Below the pieces are notes generated by a model. That model saw only the letters and a list, made by a program, of their open reading frames with translations, made no database searches and had not been told where the DNA came from. Of a stretch of DNA of 64,000 nt, positions 33,114 through 44,790 are shown in pieces. The stretch lies in NCBI GenBank assembly GCA_000165345.1, contig CM000436.1, forward strand, positions 608,001 to 672,000, in the 5' to 3' direction. A program made the translations under genes and the position numbers. Position 1 is the first letter of the stretch. Each line of letters opens with the position of its first letter.

Positions 33114-34494
33114 AGACCCTTTTAATATGTAATTTAGCTTAAAAGGTTTTGTATTGGAATAAATATTATAAAGCTATTTGGAAGAAGTAATGATTAATTA
33201 TCTAGTGTCTCCTTGTAGCAAGAAACACAAATTTAAATCTTCCAAAGACTTTGCAAAACCAAACAACAATTTAGTTGTGGAGATTTTCTTTTAATTGTTT
33301 TGTTTATAACTTTATTTATCACCCTCACTGTTTTGGCGCGTGAACCTGGCTTCAATTCAAAGTTCAAATGATTTTTGACTTAAAAATGATCAGGCTATTA
33401 TCACAGGTAAAAGCTAAATATAAGCTCTATATGAGAAAACAATCATTTAAATTCTTTCTTGATTTTATGAACCTTTGTTGATCTTTCTTTGAAATGTATT
33501 TTTTTCCCACCCAATTAACATTGAAAATGCATGCAAGTTTTACCGCCAAATGTTTGAACAAAAAGAATTATTGCTTGTATTTGATGGTGAAATAGACTGA
33601 ATTTGAATTAAATAAATGGGTAAATACAGATAAAATTTAGGATTTTCTTAAGATTTTCTAGAAATTAGAATAGATGATCGCTTAATATTTGTTCTGAGGT
33701 AAATGGCATTGAGAGAGATTGATCAAGAGTGAAGTTTAGTTTATCGGCTGTTTATCTGAAAGCAGGTTGGTAATACACGAAATTGAATGCTAAATGGGAA
33801 CAAATGCGTTAATTTTTCAACTTATGGCTAATAAATAACTAATGGAGTTTCAGAAATTTTAATAGATATTGTGAATTGCACGGTTTTGTTGTTTTCCATT
33901 TCCAAATTAAAAACTAATAATTAAATAAAGTAGAAACTATGGATGAAAATTGATTGCCATTGTTTAGTTTTAATGGCGACATTAGATAGGGAGAAAAAAA
34001 AAAATCATTTTTTTTTAGGGGAAGAGGGGATAATAATAGTTTTATTTCATTTCTTTAAAGCCAACAAAGTCATTCACAAACGGAAAAAAAACTCCAGAAT
34101 TATCACAAAATCATATTTTATCTTTTAAATTAATTTACGCATTGTGCCAAATATTGCATGCAAGAATATGACAATCTTTTTTTCATGTCTACTATTGCTC
34201 TCCTTACTGACTCTATCTCTATCTTTTCTTGTTATCCACTCCTCTTTCATACAATCTATCAATAAGGTTTATATTTAACTGCTATAGTTTTAAAAAAATA
34301 TATATTAATAAATTATTAAGGCACACGGTTTTGGCGGTAAGTTGATATATTTTCTAATTTTTATGACAAACCAATAGAAATAAATAATACAAGATTCGAA
34401 AACTTGGAGTGATAGAATTTATTCATTTTATAAATAAAATAGGTTAATATCCAAGTTTTGTATCTTAATTGGTCCATACAGGAATTAGAAGAAA

Positions 34495-35419
34495 ATGGAG
34501 TTATCACTATGTTTCGAGAACCAAATGATTATTAAGGTAAGTAATTATATATAAGGATTAATAATAGAATAACTGAATACTAAATGATTAGCTACCTTCT
34601 TCAGTAATGGAGAAACTTAGAGAGAGAAAACATGGAGAAGTAGTTGGCTCTCTTAAATATGATGAAGATGGAAAGGTATGTTACTTTTTATATATGAGAA
34701 AAAACTGTAACAATTGTTAATTTTGTCTTATATCCTTGAAATTACTCTAATATCTATAGAGGGAGTGGGAAATTCTAAACTCAAAATTTTCAGAAACTAA
34801 AACAGGTAATACAGAAACTGATTCATTAAATCAAAATGAAAAAAGTGGATATTTGTTTATGAATACACCAGATAAACCAGATAAAATTTCAATGTACCCT
34901 TCCAAAATTCATACATTAGTTAGAAAAGGGAACTTTGTAACCGATGATATTAGACGTAGAATTAAAGAGAAAACTAAGAAGTCATCCACCATTGAGGATA
35001 CTAAGAGAATCGTTGGAGCAATGTACGAATCAAACTCTCAACCATTCATTTATTATGATATTAAGTCTGACCAGATGTCAGACGAGCCCAGAAATAGCTC
35101 GCTTAGCTCAATATATAAGAAGAAGCCGGCCACATCAAGTAGTCAATCTTCTGCTAATATAGAAGGTAATAATTATTCTTCAGGATTAAGCTCGAGTGCA
35201 AACAATTTAAATAGTAGTTCATTAGAAAGCTTAAAGGAGAATATTTTCAAAATATTCGAAGAAAAAGGAAGCGAAGGAGTTTCACTCAAGGAAATTGAGG
35301 ATAAAACAATGAAGCCCAAACATATTCTCAAGAAAATTGTTGAAGAAATTGCAGTTCAAGCAGGTAGAGGCGGAAGAAGGCATATATGGTATTTGAAACC
35401 ACAATTTATTGGTAAATAA
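34495..35419 (+). CDS. TFIIF beta subunit (RAP30/Tfg2-like) with C-terminal winged helix, three exons join(34495..34536,34623..34673,34793..35419)
   Basis: The C-terminal LKEIEDKTMKPKHILKKIVEEIAVQAGRGGRRHIWYLKPQF matches RAP30 (LKEILKEIGVQNVKGIHKNTWELKPEY). Upstream exons give MELSLCFENQMIIK|RKHGEVVGSLKYDEDGK| (compare RAP30 GRGEVGKLRI). Donors are GTAAGT at 34537 and GTATGT at 34674; the acceptors are AG at 34621-22 and CAG at 34790-92. The ORF track only finds a TTG-initiated fragment. Confidence 0.55.
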
Positions 35420-35807
35420 TTCAAAAAAATTTTGTTTTATCATCACTTTTAAAAAATTTCTATTTTTAAAAATAGTATTTCTATTCCTAAACATTTTTTC
35501 CTGCATGCGATGTTTTTTCATTGGTGTTTGGCGCCATGTGTGGGGAAATTGAACACCTATGCAAATTTGCGTTGTCAGAATGCAAAATTGCAAATTTACC
35601 GGCGCACATAGGAAATAAATTATCGGGTTTTATTAAATATAAATAAAAAAAGTTAATTGTTTCAAAATTTCGGAATACTTGACCAAAATTTATTTCCTTA
35701 CAAAATGTTTAGAAGATGGCTGTTTTAAAAAAAGTATAATAAACAAAAGAATTAATTATTGCAACAAATTCTTCATAGTGAAAAACTGAATGGTGATGTA
35801 ATTTTCA

Positions 35808-37799
35808 TTGGTTTCACTGATGAGAAGAGTATTTGGATTTTTACAAGCCTACTTTAATGGTTTTTTTGATCTAATAAAGGATGATTTTGGAACAAATGAG
35901 ATAAATCACAATAATTTTAATAGTGCAATTAATTGGGTAGGTAATAAAACAATATTAGAGGCAGAAATTGAAGAATTAGAAGAAGAAAAGGAAGAGGAAG
36001 GTGAAGAAGGATCGCCTAATGAGAATGTTTTCCTTTATTCAAATTGTGATGCCTATGCAGGAGAGTTTCAAATGTCCAAAAGAAATGGTTGGGGTGTTTA
36101 CTTGAAATATACAGGCCAAAAATTCGAGGGACTATGGAAAGATAATGTAAGGAATGGATTTGGAATGCAAACAATTGGAAATTCAATCAAATTTGTTGGA
36201 CAATTTAAAAATAATGAATGTGACGGACAAGGAATAATATTTCATCAAAGTGGATTAATGTATTCAAGTAACTGGTCAAAGGGAGAGTTAGTTAACAGAA
36301 AATTATTATTTGAGAATTGGAAGGATGAACTATTGGAGTTATTCCCTGAAAACTCAAAAGAAGAGGTAAATGAAAAGTCTGCTCAAGTTACTTCAAATAA
36401 TATTGTGGATGATAGTAATGGAATATTAAGGAAAAAAATTAAGGATGAACTTGAAAATCTGCAAAATAAAAGTAACTTCAGGCCATATAATTTAGAGGAG
36501 AAGTCAGAAGTTACTGCAAAATCTGTAAACAATGTTAATTTTACTGAAAATATTATTGGAGAAGAAGGTCGTATTCAAACTATAAGTTCAAAAATTAATA
36601 ACTACAATGCAATAAAAACTTTATCTAATGAAATTGAAAGTAAAACATTAAGTTTTTATAATACAGATAATTCTGCAGAATGCTGTTTAAGCTGGAATAT
36701 GTACCAAGTTGCATATTTTGTTAAATGTATTGGATTGTCAAAATACGTTAAAAACTTTATTTTGAATGAAATTGATGGTTGTACATTACCTTATATTGGA
36801 TTTGAAGAATTAAAAGAAATGGGAATTACAGAAATCACTCATATAAAGTACATTCGTATGTCACTTTCTTTGTTACTAAAGCTAAGACTTAAATGCATTA
36901 GAAAACAGACTTTCACTCCACAGAAATTGATTGATGATGAATATCTTAAAAGTTTTGAAATTCCTGCAAATGAACTTAATTTAAAGTGTAGGATTGGGGA
37001 AGGAGGATATGGAAAAGTATACAAAGCAATTTGGACAACTAGAGGAATCACAGTTGCAGTAAAAGCGTTTAGAAGAAGAGATAAGCATGCTTTGGCTAGG
37101 GAGTTTTACTCGGAGTTAACAATAATTTCTAGGATTAGGCATCCAAATGTGACTTTATTTTTAGGGGTCGTAATGTCCCCACTGTATTGCTTAGTTACAG
37201 AATTGGTTCCTAATGGATCATTATTTGACCTACTCCACACAAAGAATTCATATTTGACATCCACCCAATTATTGAAAATATCTAGGGATATTTGCTGTGG
37301 TATGGCATATTTACATGAAAATGGAGTCTTACATTGCGATCTAAAGAGCAGCAATATACTTTTATCTGGGAACTTTAATGTAAAGATTGGTGATTTTGGT
37401 TTATCTACTCTTATGGAGTCACCTTTAGAAACAAGAAAAATGTTGGGATGTATCGGAACGCATCACTGGATGGCTCCAGAAATTTTAAGAGGTGAAGGAT
37501 TTACCAAGTATGCTGATGTATATAGCTTTGGAATCATTCTTTGGGAGATGATTACAAAGAAAATTCCTCATGAAGATCTTAATATAAATCACATTGTTGC
37601 GTCTGTGGGATATGGCCACAAGGAATTAATTATCCCAGAGAACATTCCATCGACAATAAAGACTGTAATAAAGAAGACATGGAGCAGGAACGTAAGAAAT
37701 AGGCCAAATTTCAAGCAATTAACAAATATATTTGATCAGCTTTATCAGAGTAGTATTTTGGATATTGAAGAAAATCTATTAGCATTTTTTGGCCAGTAG
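35808..37799 (+). CDS. MORN-repeat plus SAM-domain plus TKL-type protein kinase
   Basis: Repeated YxGxxxxGxxxGxG MORN units, then a SAM domain (WNMYQVAYFVKCIGLSKYVKNFILNEIDG). The kinase has GEGGYGKVYKA, VAVK, HCDLKSSNILL, DFGLS and WMAPE. Confidence 0.85.
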   Translation: MVSLMRRVFGFLQAYFNGFFDLIKDDFGTNEINHNNFNSAINWVGNKTILEAEIEELEEEKEEEGEEGSPNENVFLYSNCDAYAGEFQMSKRNGWGVYLKYTGQKFEGLWKDNVRNGFGMQTIGNSIKFVGQFKNNECDGQGIIFHQSGLMYSSNWSKGELVNRKLLFENWKDELLELFPENSKEEVNEKSAQVTSNNIVDDSNGILRKKIKDELENLQNKSNFRPYNLEEKSEVTAKSVNNVNFTENIIGEEGRIQTISSKINNYNAIKTLSNEIESKTLSFYNTDNSAECCLSWNMYQVAYFVKCIGLSKYVKNFILNEIDGCTLPYIGFEELKEMGITEITHIKYIRMSLSLLLKLRLKCIRKQTFTPQKLIDDEYLKSFEIPANELNLKCRIGEGGYGKVYKAIWTTRGITVAVKAFRRRDKHALAREFYSELTIISRIRHPNVTLFLGVVMSPLYCLVTELVPNGSLFDLLHTKNSYLTSTQLLKISRDICCGMAYLHENGVLHCDLKSSNILLSGNFNVKIGDFGLSTLMESPLETRKMLGCIGTHHWMAPEILRGEGFTKYADVYSFGIILWEMITKKIPHEDLNINHIVASVGYGHKELIIPENIPSTIKTVIKKTWSRNVRNRPNFKQLTNIFDQLYQSSILDIEENLLAFFGQ

Positions 37800-37890
37800 G
37801 CCTTTTTATATTAACATTTATATGGTAGAAAATAATTAGTAGTCAATAATTGTTGTTATAATTGAGAAAGTTTTAACAGTAAAACTCATT

Positions 37891-40635
37891 TTACTCAAAT
37901 TCCTTCCAAAAATCATCACTGTCTAAGTCTAATTTAGTAGATAACTTTTTCCCAGGCATTTTTTCTACTTTTGAATTCTTGCTAGTAGAAAATTGATCAG
38001 TAATTAATGGCAGATTGTCCATTATTTCCTTCTTTCTATCATTATTGGCACTATAACTTGGCAAGTTAGTGACGCCGGTAGGTTCACTCTGGTACAAAAT
38101 ATTATTCCGAGAATTACTACCCAAATTTAATGATCCAAAGTTAGATTTCACTCTAGAATTGTCACTCTCAATTATATTAGGATTAGAAGAAACTGACTTA
38201 TTGCCATTATTATGATCACTTGAAATACTAAAATCAAATAAATCGCTTTCAAAGTCATTCCAATCTACATCTTTCTTATCATTAGAGTTCCCGCCGGCTG
38301 CCGATATTCCAATTCCCATACCGGTGTTGTAAGCAGATTTTGATTGCAAGTTTTGTGCATGCGCATGCATTTTGTTATTGGCTGACATGCAATTATTATT
38401 AATGGCGGGAGTTTCTTTAGTTTTTGGCAAGTTATTTTTTTCAAGAGTAAAGTTAGAGTTGGAAATATGTTTATTTTGAAGGTTAGCAGATTGTTGATCA
38501 AATACATTGCTTGATGACTGGGTAATATTATTATTATTATTATTATTATTGCTATTAATTCCAGTATTTGGTTTTGGTTCTTTTTGGGATGCTAGTTTCT
38601 CTTCTTCTAGTCTAATTCTATCTTGCTCCTGTTTAAGCTTGATTTGTTCTTCAATGTATGGAGCTAAAATATTGGTCACATTTTTAATCAGAGTCAAAGA
38701 TATTTCCATAATTTCGGGTTGGCCTTCCATAAAGCCATTAGCAGAAACACTTGGGAGAATTTGTTGAGTAATTATAGTTGGAGAGTAAAAGTGAATGGTA
38801 GATAGAAGAGCCTGAATGGCAGCCTTTCTGCAAATGGGGAAAGGGTCCTTAATCGTTGAAAGGTATACCTTATTTAAAATTGTCGCATGGTATTGCTCTG
38901 GTAAGACATTCATTAATTTAGCAAAGCAAATAACAGTGTTGCTTCTAATAATGACTTCGGGGTCTTTTGAAAGAACAAACATTGCACACACAAGCTTATC
39001 AACAGCTATTTGAGATCCACTATTCCCTCCAAAAGCATTTAATAGGGCAGCACTATTCTTTTTCCAACCCTCCTTTATGGAGTACATAAAATCATTGGAT
39101 GTATTTGACTTGGAGTTTTGGTTTTTCAAGGTTTGGCCATCATCCTCAATAGAACAGCTTTTCTCAGTATCTTCCTTAAGAAGAATAGGAATAATTACAA
39201 TCATGCTTTGAAGAGTTGTTTCTCTTATCACATTAGTGGTATCTTGAAACCCAACTAAGATGGACTCAATGCAGCTCTGGAAAATCTCTTTCAAAAGAAA
39301 CCTTTCATATTTTGAAATATTCTTAAGTAAAGTATATCTAATGGATCTATCATTTTGACAGAGAAGAAATTTTGTTACTGTGTAGAATGACCTCAAAATA
39401 AATTTCGGGCATGTTGTAACATCTTTAAAAGGCTCCATCAAGGTTAATACTAAAGGGAATACGCTCGGGGTGCACTGACTAAAGTTTATTAAAAGCTTTT
39501 CAAGAATCCTTTGGATAATAATAATGTTGGTAGAGCTATCTCCATGCACTTTAATACTAGTAAGTAAATGTGGAAGGTACTGAGTACAAAAAATTTGTTT
39601 GTCTTCTGGAGACTTCAACATAAAATCATTTAATTGGTTCATAAGCTCTACAAAAGGTGAGTTATTATTAATTAAACTTAGACCATTTTCTATATCAATT
39701 TCTCTATTTGTATTCATACAAGTTAACAATTCACTTAACCAGTCATGAAGCCAACGTGGAATCAAATCGTTTTCAATAGTAAGAACATCTCCATTCATAT
39801 AAGGTAACTTCAATGACTCAATAAAACCTTTTCTTTGCATGATTTTTGATTGGTTAGCAATATTACTGTATATATCTGATGGGTTCAAATTGGAAGATAC
39901 TTGATATGACCAATAAATCAGGCATCCAAGATTCCAAAGATCAAGACTCTTAGGGTTTCTCGATACTCTAGCAAATTTCCATCCCATTATATTATAAGCA
40001 GTACTTTGTTTTGAAATATCATCCATATAATAACTACTTGTATCACTCAGAGATATAGCGTTTTCAAATCCACCAAGTTTCCAAGAACCCTCAAAATTTA
40101 AATAAATTGTCAAAGGACTAATATTCCCATGCAAAAGTTTTCCATCATTGTGCAAGAACTTTAGCCCTTTAATGATCTCATATAATCCTGAAATACAGTC
40201 CTTTGGAAAACCTATTTCATATTCTGATTCCTTTGAATTATCATCATATGTAACAAAAGAATGATTAATATTTACTGAAAGGTTATAAAGCGACACACAT
40301 GGTTCAGTTATAATATAATAAGAGTTTGGAACTTCTAAAGTGTCATATACCTTCAAAATACAGGGATGTATTAGGCTCTTGCATTTTTGAAATTGGTTTT
40401 TTGCAAGCTTTTTTGCTGTTTCAAATGGAATAAACCCAAGTACATTTTCATTACCAGAATTTTGAGTTTTGTCAAAAACAAAAACACTACAAGTTTGCTC
40501 TGGTTTATTCTTCCTGCAGCCTCTATAATGGGTCCAAATACTATAGTCCTCCCCTTTTACTTTCTCGCCTATAGTATAACCAAAGTTACTTGGCAAATCG
40601 TTAAATAGCTTTGAAATCAAAGAAGAAAACATCAA
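37891..40635 (-). CDS. SCY1-like pseudokinase with HEAT/ARM repeats (SCYL1/NTKL-like)
   Basis: The N-terminal kinase-like fold lacks canonical catalytic residues (LHNDGKLLHGNISPLTIY). A long helical-repeat region follows, then a C-terminal coiled coil (EEQIKLKQEQDRIRLEEEKL) and a poly-N tract. Confidence 0.8.
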   Translation of the reverse strand: MMFSSLISKLFNDLPSNFGYTIGEKVKGEDYSIWTHYRGCRKNKPEQTCSVFVFDKTQNSGNENVLGFIPFETAKKLAKNQFQKCKSLIHPCILKVYDTLEVPNSYYIITEPCVSLYNLSVNINHSFVTYDDNSKESEYEIGFPKDCISGLYEIIKGLKFLHNDGKLLHGNISPLTIYLNFEGSWKLGGFENAISLSDTSSYYMDDISKQSTAYNIMGWKFARVSRNPKSLDLWNLGCLIYWSYQVSSNLNPSDIYSNIANQSKIMQRKGFIESLKLPYMNGDVLTIENDLIPRWLHDWLSELLTCMNTNREIDIENGLSLINNNSPFVELMNQLNDFMLKSPEDKQIFCTQYLPHLLTSIKVHGDSSTNIIIIQRILEKLLINFSQCTPSVFPLVLTLMEPFKDVTTCPKFILRSFYTVTKFLLCQNDRSIRYTLLKNISKYERFLLKEIFQSCIESILVGFQDTTNVIRETTLQSMIVIIPILLKEDTEKSCSIEDDGQTLKNQNSKSNTSNDFMYSIKEGWKKNSAALLNAFGGNSGSQIAVDKLVCAMFVLSKDPEVIIRSNTVICFAKLMNVLPEQYHATILNKVYLSTIKDPFPICRKAAIQALLSTIHFYSPTIITQQILPSVSANGFMEGQPEIMEISLTLIKNVTNILAPYIEEQIKLKQEQDRIRLEEEKLASQKEPKPNTGINSNNNNNNNNITQSSSNVFDQQSANLQNKHISNSNFTLEKNNLPKTKETPAINNNCMSANNKMHAHAQNLQSKSAYNTGMGIGISAAGGNSNDKKDVDWNDFESDLFDFSISSDHNNGNKSVSSNPNIIESDNSRVKSNFGSLNLGSNSRNNILYQSEPTGVTNLPSYSANNDRKKEIMDNLPLITDQFSTSKNSKVEKMPGKKLSTKLDLDSDDFWKEFE

Positions 40636-40912
40636 TATTTACATCTAACAGAAGCACTTGTTATTGGATAATCGGAAAATCTTGAAGGTAATTAACTGGC
40701 TCTTTTTAATTATTTATTTTACTCACTAAATTAATTAATTACTTGGAGTTATTTAATCAAAGTTACTTTGAAAGTTAAAAAACACAAAATTTAAAGTTTA
40801 CCGATCTCAGAAGCTAATCAAACCAATTAATACCCAAAACAACCATTGCTCAATTATTCCTGCCTTTTTGTTCTTTTGTAATATATTTACTGTATTAAAA
40901 AATGTAATAAAA

Positions 40913-40925
40913 TTGGGCGGGAAAA
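40913..40925. promoter_or_regulatory. E2F-like TTGGGCGGGAAAA in the divergent SCY1-like/formin promoter
   Basis: Seen directly in the sequence. Confidence 0.45.
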
Positions 40926-41272
40926 ATAGAGATCTAAAAGCAATTTAATTAATTTTTTTTTTTTTTTAATGACGATACTACCTATACCGGTATTTTATAA
41001 TTATAAAGAAATAATTTCAAAAGAAAACAAATCGAATCAAAAATTTATTATTTGAAGATTAATCATCTTTTTGAGATTTGTGAAGTTAAGTAAATAATAT
41101 TTCTTATTAATATTTAATTCAGTTATATGGTTACAGAGATTAAAAGCCGATAGCAATATTTTAAGAGTATTTAATATAATGCAAAATAAATAGAATCTGA
41201 GAGAATTTGGTCTGAAAATAAATACAGAAGTGAATTAGCAAATAATAGCTTCTGGATTCACAAGAACGAACG

Positions 41273-44200
41273 ATGATTACAAGCTTGGTGAGCAGAATAC
41301 TTGGAGGTTCTGGAAATGGATCGAGCTCTGGAATTACTACTGGAGATGATTCGTCTTTGAAAATTTCTGAAGAACACTCAATATACTGTGCAGCATCTTT
41401 AACAACTTTCTATAGGCCAAAAAGGCTGAAGATTGCTATATTAGACCATATTCCATGCGATTTAGATAGTTTAAGTATCGAGTTCTTTACGATTCAAAAG
41501 TCAGGAAATTTCAAAGAATTTATCATGTCACACATTCATGACACTAAAAAAATTAAAATTCCTCGGCAAACTTTGATAATGAATGGATATTCATTTTACA
41601 GCGTAATATCATCCTCGAAAACTGAAAATTGTCAAGAATGTGGTAATAATGTTTGTTCGTCTTTGGTTGTGGATTTTACTCGAAATGCAGATAATGGTGA
41701 ATCTACTTATTTGATTTTTCAAGGTGAGATCATTTTAAGGATTTATGATAGAAAGAATCGGCTCAATATTTATTCACTTGCAAGAGGAGGAAATATTGAT
41801 GACGTTATTCATATTACTAAGGATGATATTATACTTTCAATCCCTAGTTCATTTGTTCCATCTCAGTGTTTTAAGCTGGATCTTATCATGTATTCAGCTA
41901 TTGGTTGGGCTAGGCATGGTGAAATAAATCAAAACCATTCTACAAATACTGATTACTCTTCAACAAAGAAAGAAAATGTCATTTTAAATAAACAATTTTC
42001 TGTATCATTATCTCAAAATTTATCTATTTGTAATAATGAAGAAAGCCCGAAAAGAAATTCTAGCATAAGCAAAGAAGTGAACTCTAACGTTGGGAAGCCC
42101 TTGGACTTTGCTGTTTCAACAGAAATTGATTCTGATACAAATAAGGCAAGTAGCAATAAAGAAAGCAAAATTCATCCAATTGCCAAAGCTCTGAGCTCTT
42201 TAAAATCTGCAGAAATTAATGAGCAGGATGATTCCAACAATAAACCTGCGTCTATAGAAGAACCGGATTCTGCAAATGAGAAAACGTCAGATTCTAAACC
42301 AGAGATTTCTCCACTTGCTGCATTGCTAAGAGCAAAGGCTCCTCCATTACCATTACATATGAAATCTGGAATGAAGTCAAAGTCATGCCCTTTCAAGGGA
42401 ATTGGGAAGGATTCACAAGGTAAATCTATTGGTGACAAAAAGAAGGTTCTTCCATTAGGCAGAAGAATTCACTGGAAACCATTAACTGAAGAGATGGCTC
42501 AGAAAACAATATTTCGTGAAATCTTATATACCTCTCTAAGTTCTCATCCCCAGTCCCCTCCAGTATCCCCTTCAGACTCCAGTAATTTGAGTTCTCCATT
42601 AACTTCATCTGTTGAAGATTTTTACCCAGGTTTTGTAGATGATTCAAAGACAGGAACTACTTCTCCTATGTCAGATTCTGTTTCGCCAATTGCAATAACA
42701 GATATTCATATGGCAAATACTTTAGTTCATATGGAAACTTTATCTAGAGTATTTACAAAGCCTGGAAGTACCATGGGAGGTAAGGGAAAAGCTTTGGAAA
42801 ATTTAAATTCTAGAGAATCTAGTGGTGAGCCTAATAAAATTACAGCAAAAGGAAGCTCGGATGATCCAAATTCATTGAATCATAATCAATGTTTGACCTC
42901 TTCTGAACAAATCAATGGATCTTGCGGGAATAATGGTAATAGTGCCAAATTACCAAAGGATGACCAAAATAACCAATCCAATAATTCTTCATCTCAAAAA
43001 CAGCTACCTCTGACATTTTTATCACAAAAGAGAGCACAAAATATGGCGATAGTTTTAGCCAGATTGTCTGTGCCTACTGACTATATTATAGAGATATTAA
43101 ACTCTTTCAATATTTCAAGCCTAACTCTCGAAGATTATGAAAGGATCGAACAAGTTTTGCCAACAGAGATGGAATTAGAGAAAATTAACAGTAATCCAAA
43201 GAAAGAACTTCATCAATTGGAACAATTTCTAAGCAGGTTCTCTCATATTTCAAATCCAATGACGAGACTTCGTTTCCTTAAGTTTGAGCATATTCTTGAT
43301 GCATCGGAATTTGATATTCAAAGGAACTTAAATACTCTTTATTCAGCTTCAGTTCAAATTAGAAATTCTAACAAATTGAGATTAATTCTAAAAGCCTTCT
43401 TGTTACTGGGAAATTACGTAAATCATGGAATCAACTTTTCTACAATGAGTAATATATCTTCAATTTCCCACGTTGCTAATAATGGTTCTATTAACTGGTC
43501 TCTACTTGAAACCAAAGGGTTCTCACTATCATCACTATTAAGATTGGTTGAATTTAAGACAACTATTGATCCTTCATTTACTGCTCTTCATTATATCATA
43601 GCCAATTTATCTCTAACAAATCCAAATCTTAATTTAAACCAGTTTCCTTCAGACCTTCATGCAGTTTCAGAAGCATCCAAGATTTCAGTTGAAGCTTTAT
43701 TCACTTGTATTAATGATATGAGAAAAGAGCTTGCTATTTTGGAAGTAGAGAAGCAAAAATTTACCAATGACAGAGTTGAGAATCTTTTTGAATCATATTC
43801 AAGGCGTCTAGATGCTTTTGTTGAAGGATATCATAGAATTGTTGAAAAAGTCGTTGATACTGCATTATATTTTGGTCAGAACTTACCAGAAGGAAACAGA
43901 GCATCCATAATTCAACCATTTTTTGAAACCATGAATATTTTTATCTTACAATTTTCATCATGTTGCAAAGAAATCCGAGAAAAGCCATCAAGATTCTCTC
44001 CTTTGCTTGTTGATTCTTCTTTGGTTTTCCCAAATGATAAGAGTTTAAGCTCTTCAACCTCAAGTTTAATGTGTGTCCCATCAAAGATGAATTCCACAAG
44101 TACTAATTCAACATCATCCACAAATTTGGCTGAAAACTCTCCAAACACATCATTGATCAAAATCCCAGATATCCCCGATTCAAATTCCCTGGAGAAATTA

Positions 44201-44437
44201 GATAATGATGCCTTAGATAAAAGAGAAATTCAGCCTCAATTAGAGTTAGTTTCAAAGAACTACCAATCTAAAGAACCATTCTCTTCTAACATTATGAATA
44301 ATAAAAAGAAAAAGGAAACTGGCGGTCTTATTTTTATCCAATCCTCAAGAAATAATAATGCTATAAAACTACCTACTAGGCTTCCACCACCTCCACCACC
44401 TCCTATATCCCCGTCGCCTCCTACCTCTAAGGATTAA
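41273..44437 (+). CDS. Formin (FH2 domain protein)
   Basis: The FH2 core is ...RRIHWKPLTEEMAQKTIF... and ...LRLILKAFLLLGNYVNHG. There are short Pro-rich motifs before FH2 (KAPPLPLH) and a terminal PPPPPPPPISPSPP. Confidence 0.75.
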   Translation: MITSLVSRILGGSGNGSSSGITTGDDSSLKISEEHSIYCAASLTTFYRPKRLKIAILDHIPCDLDSLSIEFFTIQKSGNFKEFIMSHIHDTKKIKIPRQTLIMNGYSFYSVISSSKTENCQECGNNVCSSLVVDFTRNADNGESTYLIFQGEIILRIYDRKNRLNIYSLARGGNIDDVIHITKDDIILSIPSSFVPSQCFKLDLIMYSAIGWARHGEINQNHSTNTDYSSTKKENVILNKQFSVSLSQNLSICNNEESPKRNSSISKEVNSNVGKPLDFAVSTEIDSDTNKASSNKESKIHPIAKALSSLKSAEINEQDDSNNKPASIEEPDSANEKTSDSKPEISPLAALLRAKAPPLPLHMKSGMKSKSCPFKGIGKDSQGKSIGDKKKVLPLGRRIHWKPLTEEMAQKTIFREILYTSLSSHPQSPPVSPSDSSNLSSPLTSSVEDFYPGFVDDSKTGTTSPMSDSVSPIAITDIHMANTLVHMETLSRVFTKPGSTMGGKGKALENLNSRESSGEPNKITAKGSSDDPNSLNHNQCLTSSEQINGSCGNNGNSAKLPKDDQNNQSNNSSSQKQLPLTFLSQKRAQNMAIVLARLSVPTDYIIEILNSFNISSLTLEDYERIEQVLPTEMELEKINSNPKKELHQLEQFLSRFSHISNPMTRLRFLKFEHILDASEFDIQRNLNTLYSASVQIRNSNKLRLILKAFLLLGNYVNHGINFSTMSNISSISHVANNGSINWSLLETKGFSLSSLLRLVEFKTTIDPSFTALHYIIANLSLTNPNLNLNQFPSDLHAVSEASKISVEALFTCINDMRKELAILEVEKQKFTNDRVENLFESYSRRLDAFVEGYHRIVEKVVDTALYFGQNLPEGNRASIIQPFFETMNIFILQFSSCCKEIREKPSRFSPLLVDSSLVFPNDKSLSSSTSSLMCVPSKMNSTSTNSTSSTNLAENSPNTSLIKIPDIPDSNSLEKLDNDALDKREIQPQLELVSKNYQSKEPFSSNIMNNKKKKETGGLIFIQSSRNNNAIKLPTRLPPPPPPPISPSPPTSKD

Positions 44438-44790
44438 AATGTAAACAAGTTATTTTTAACATTTACTAACTACCATGAATTGAACTAAAACAATAAAGAT
44501 CAGAGGAAGAGGGGAATAGAAGAAACCGATCAGGTTTTAGAACCCCATATCTTCTTATTCTCAAGTCTTTTTTGGCACTATCAAGGTCTTAGCTTGTCCA
44601 AAGCTGATTTTTCCTTTTAAAAGGTTTCCTTATTTTATAAGTTAGCTAATTTTACCTAGTAGAATTCAATGAAATTCCTTAATACTTATTATAAATAATT
44701 ATTTTTTTCACTTAACTTTTTCTCTAAACTACACATATAATTAATAAAATACAATTTTAAAAATAAATTTAAAGTTGAAAAAAAACATGT

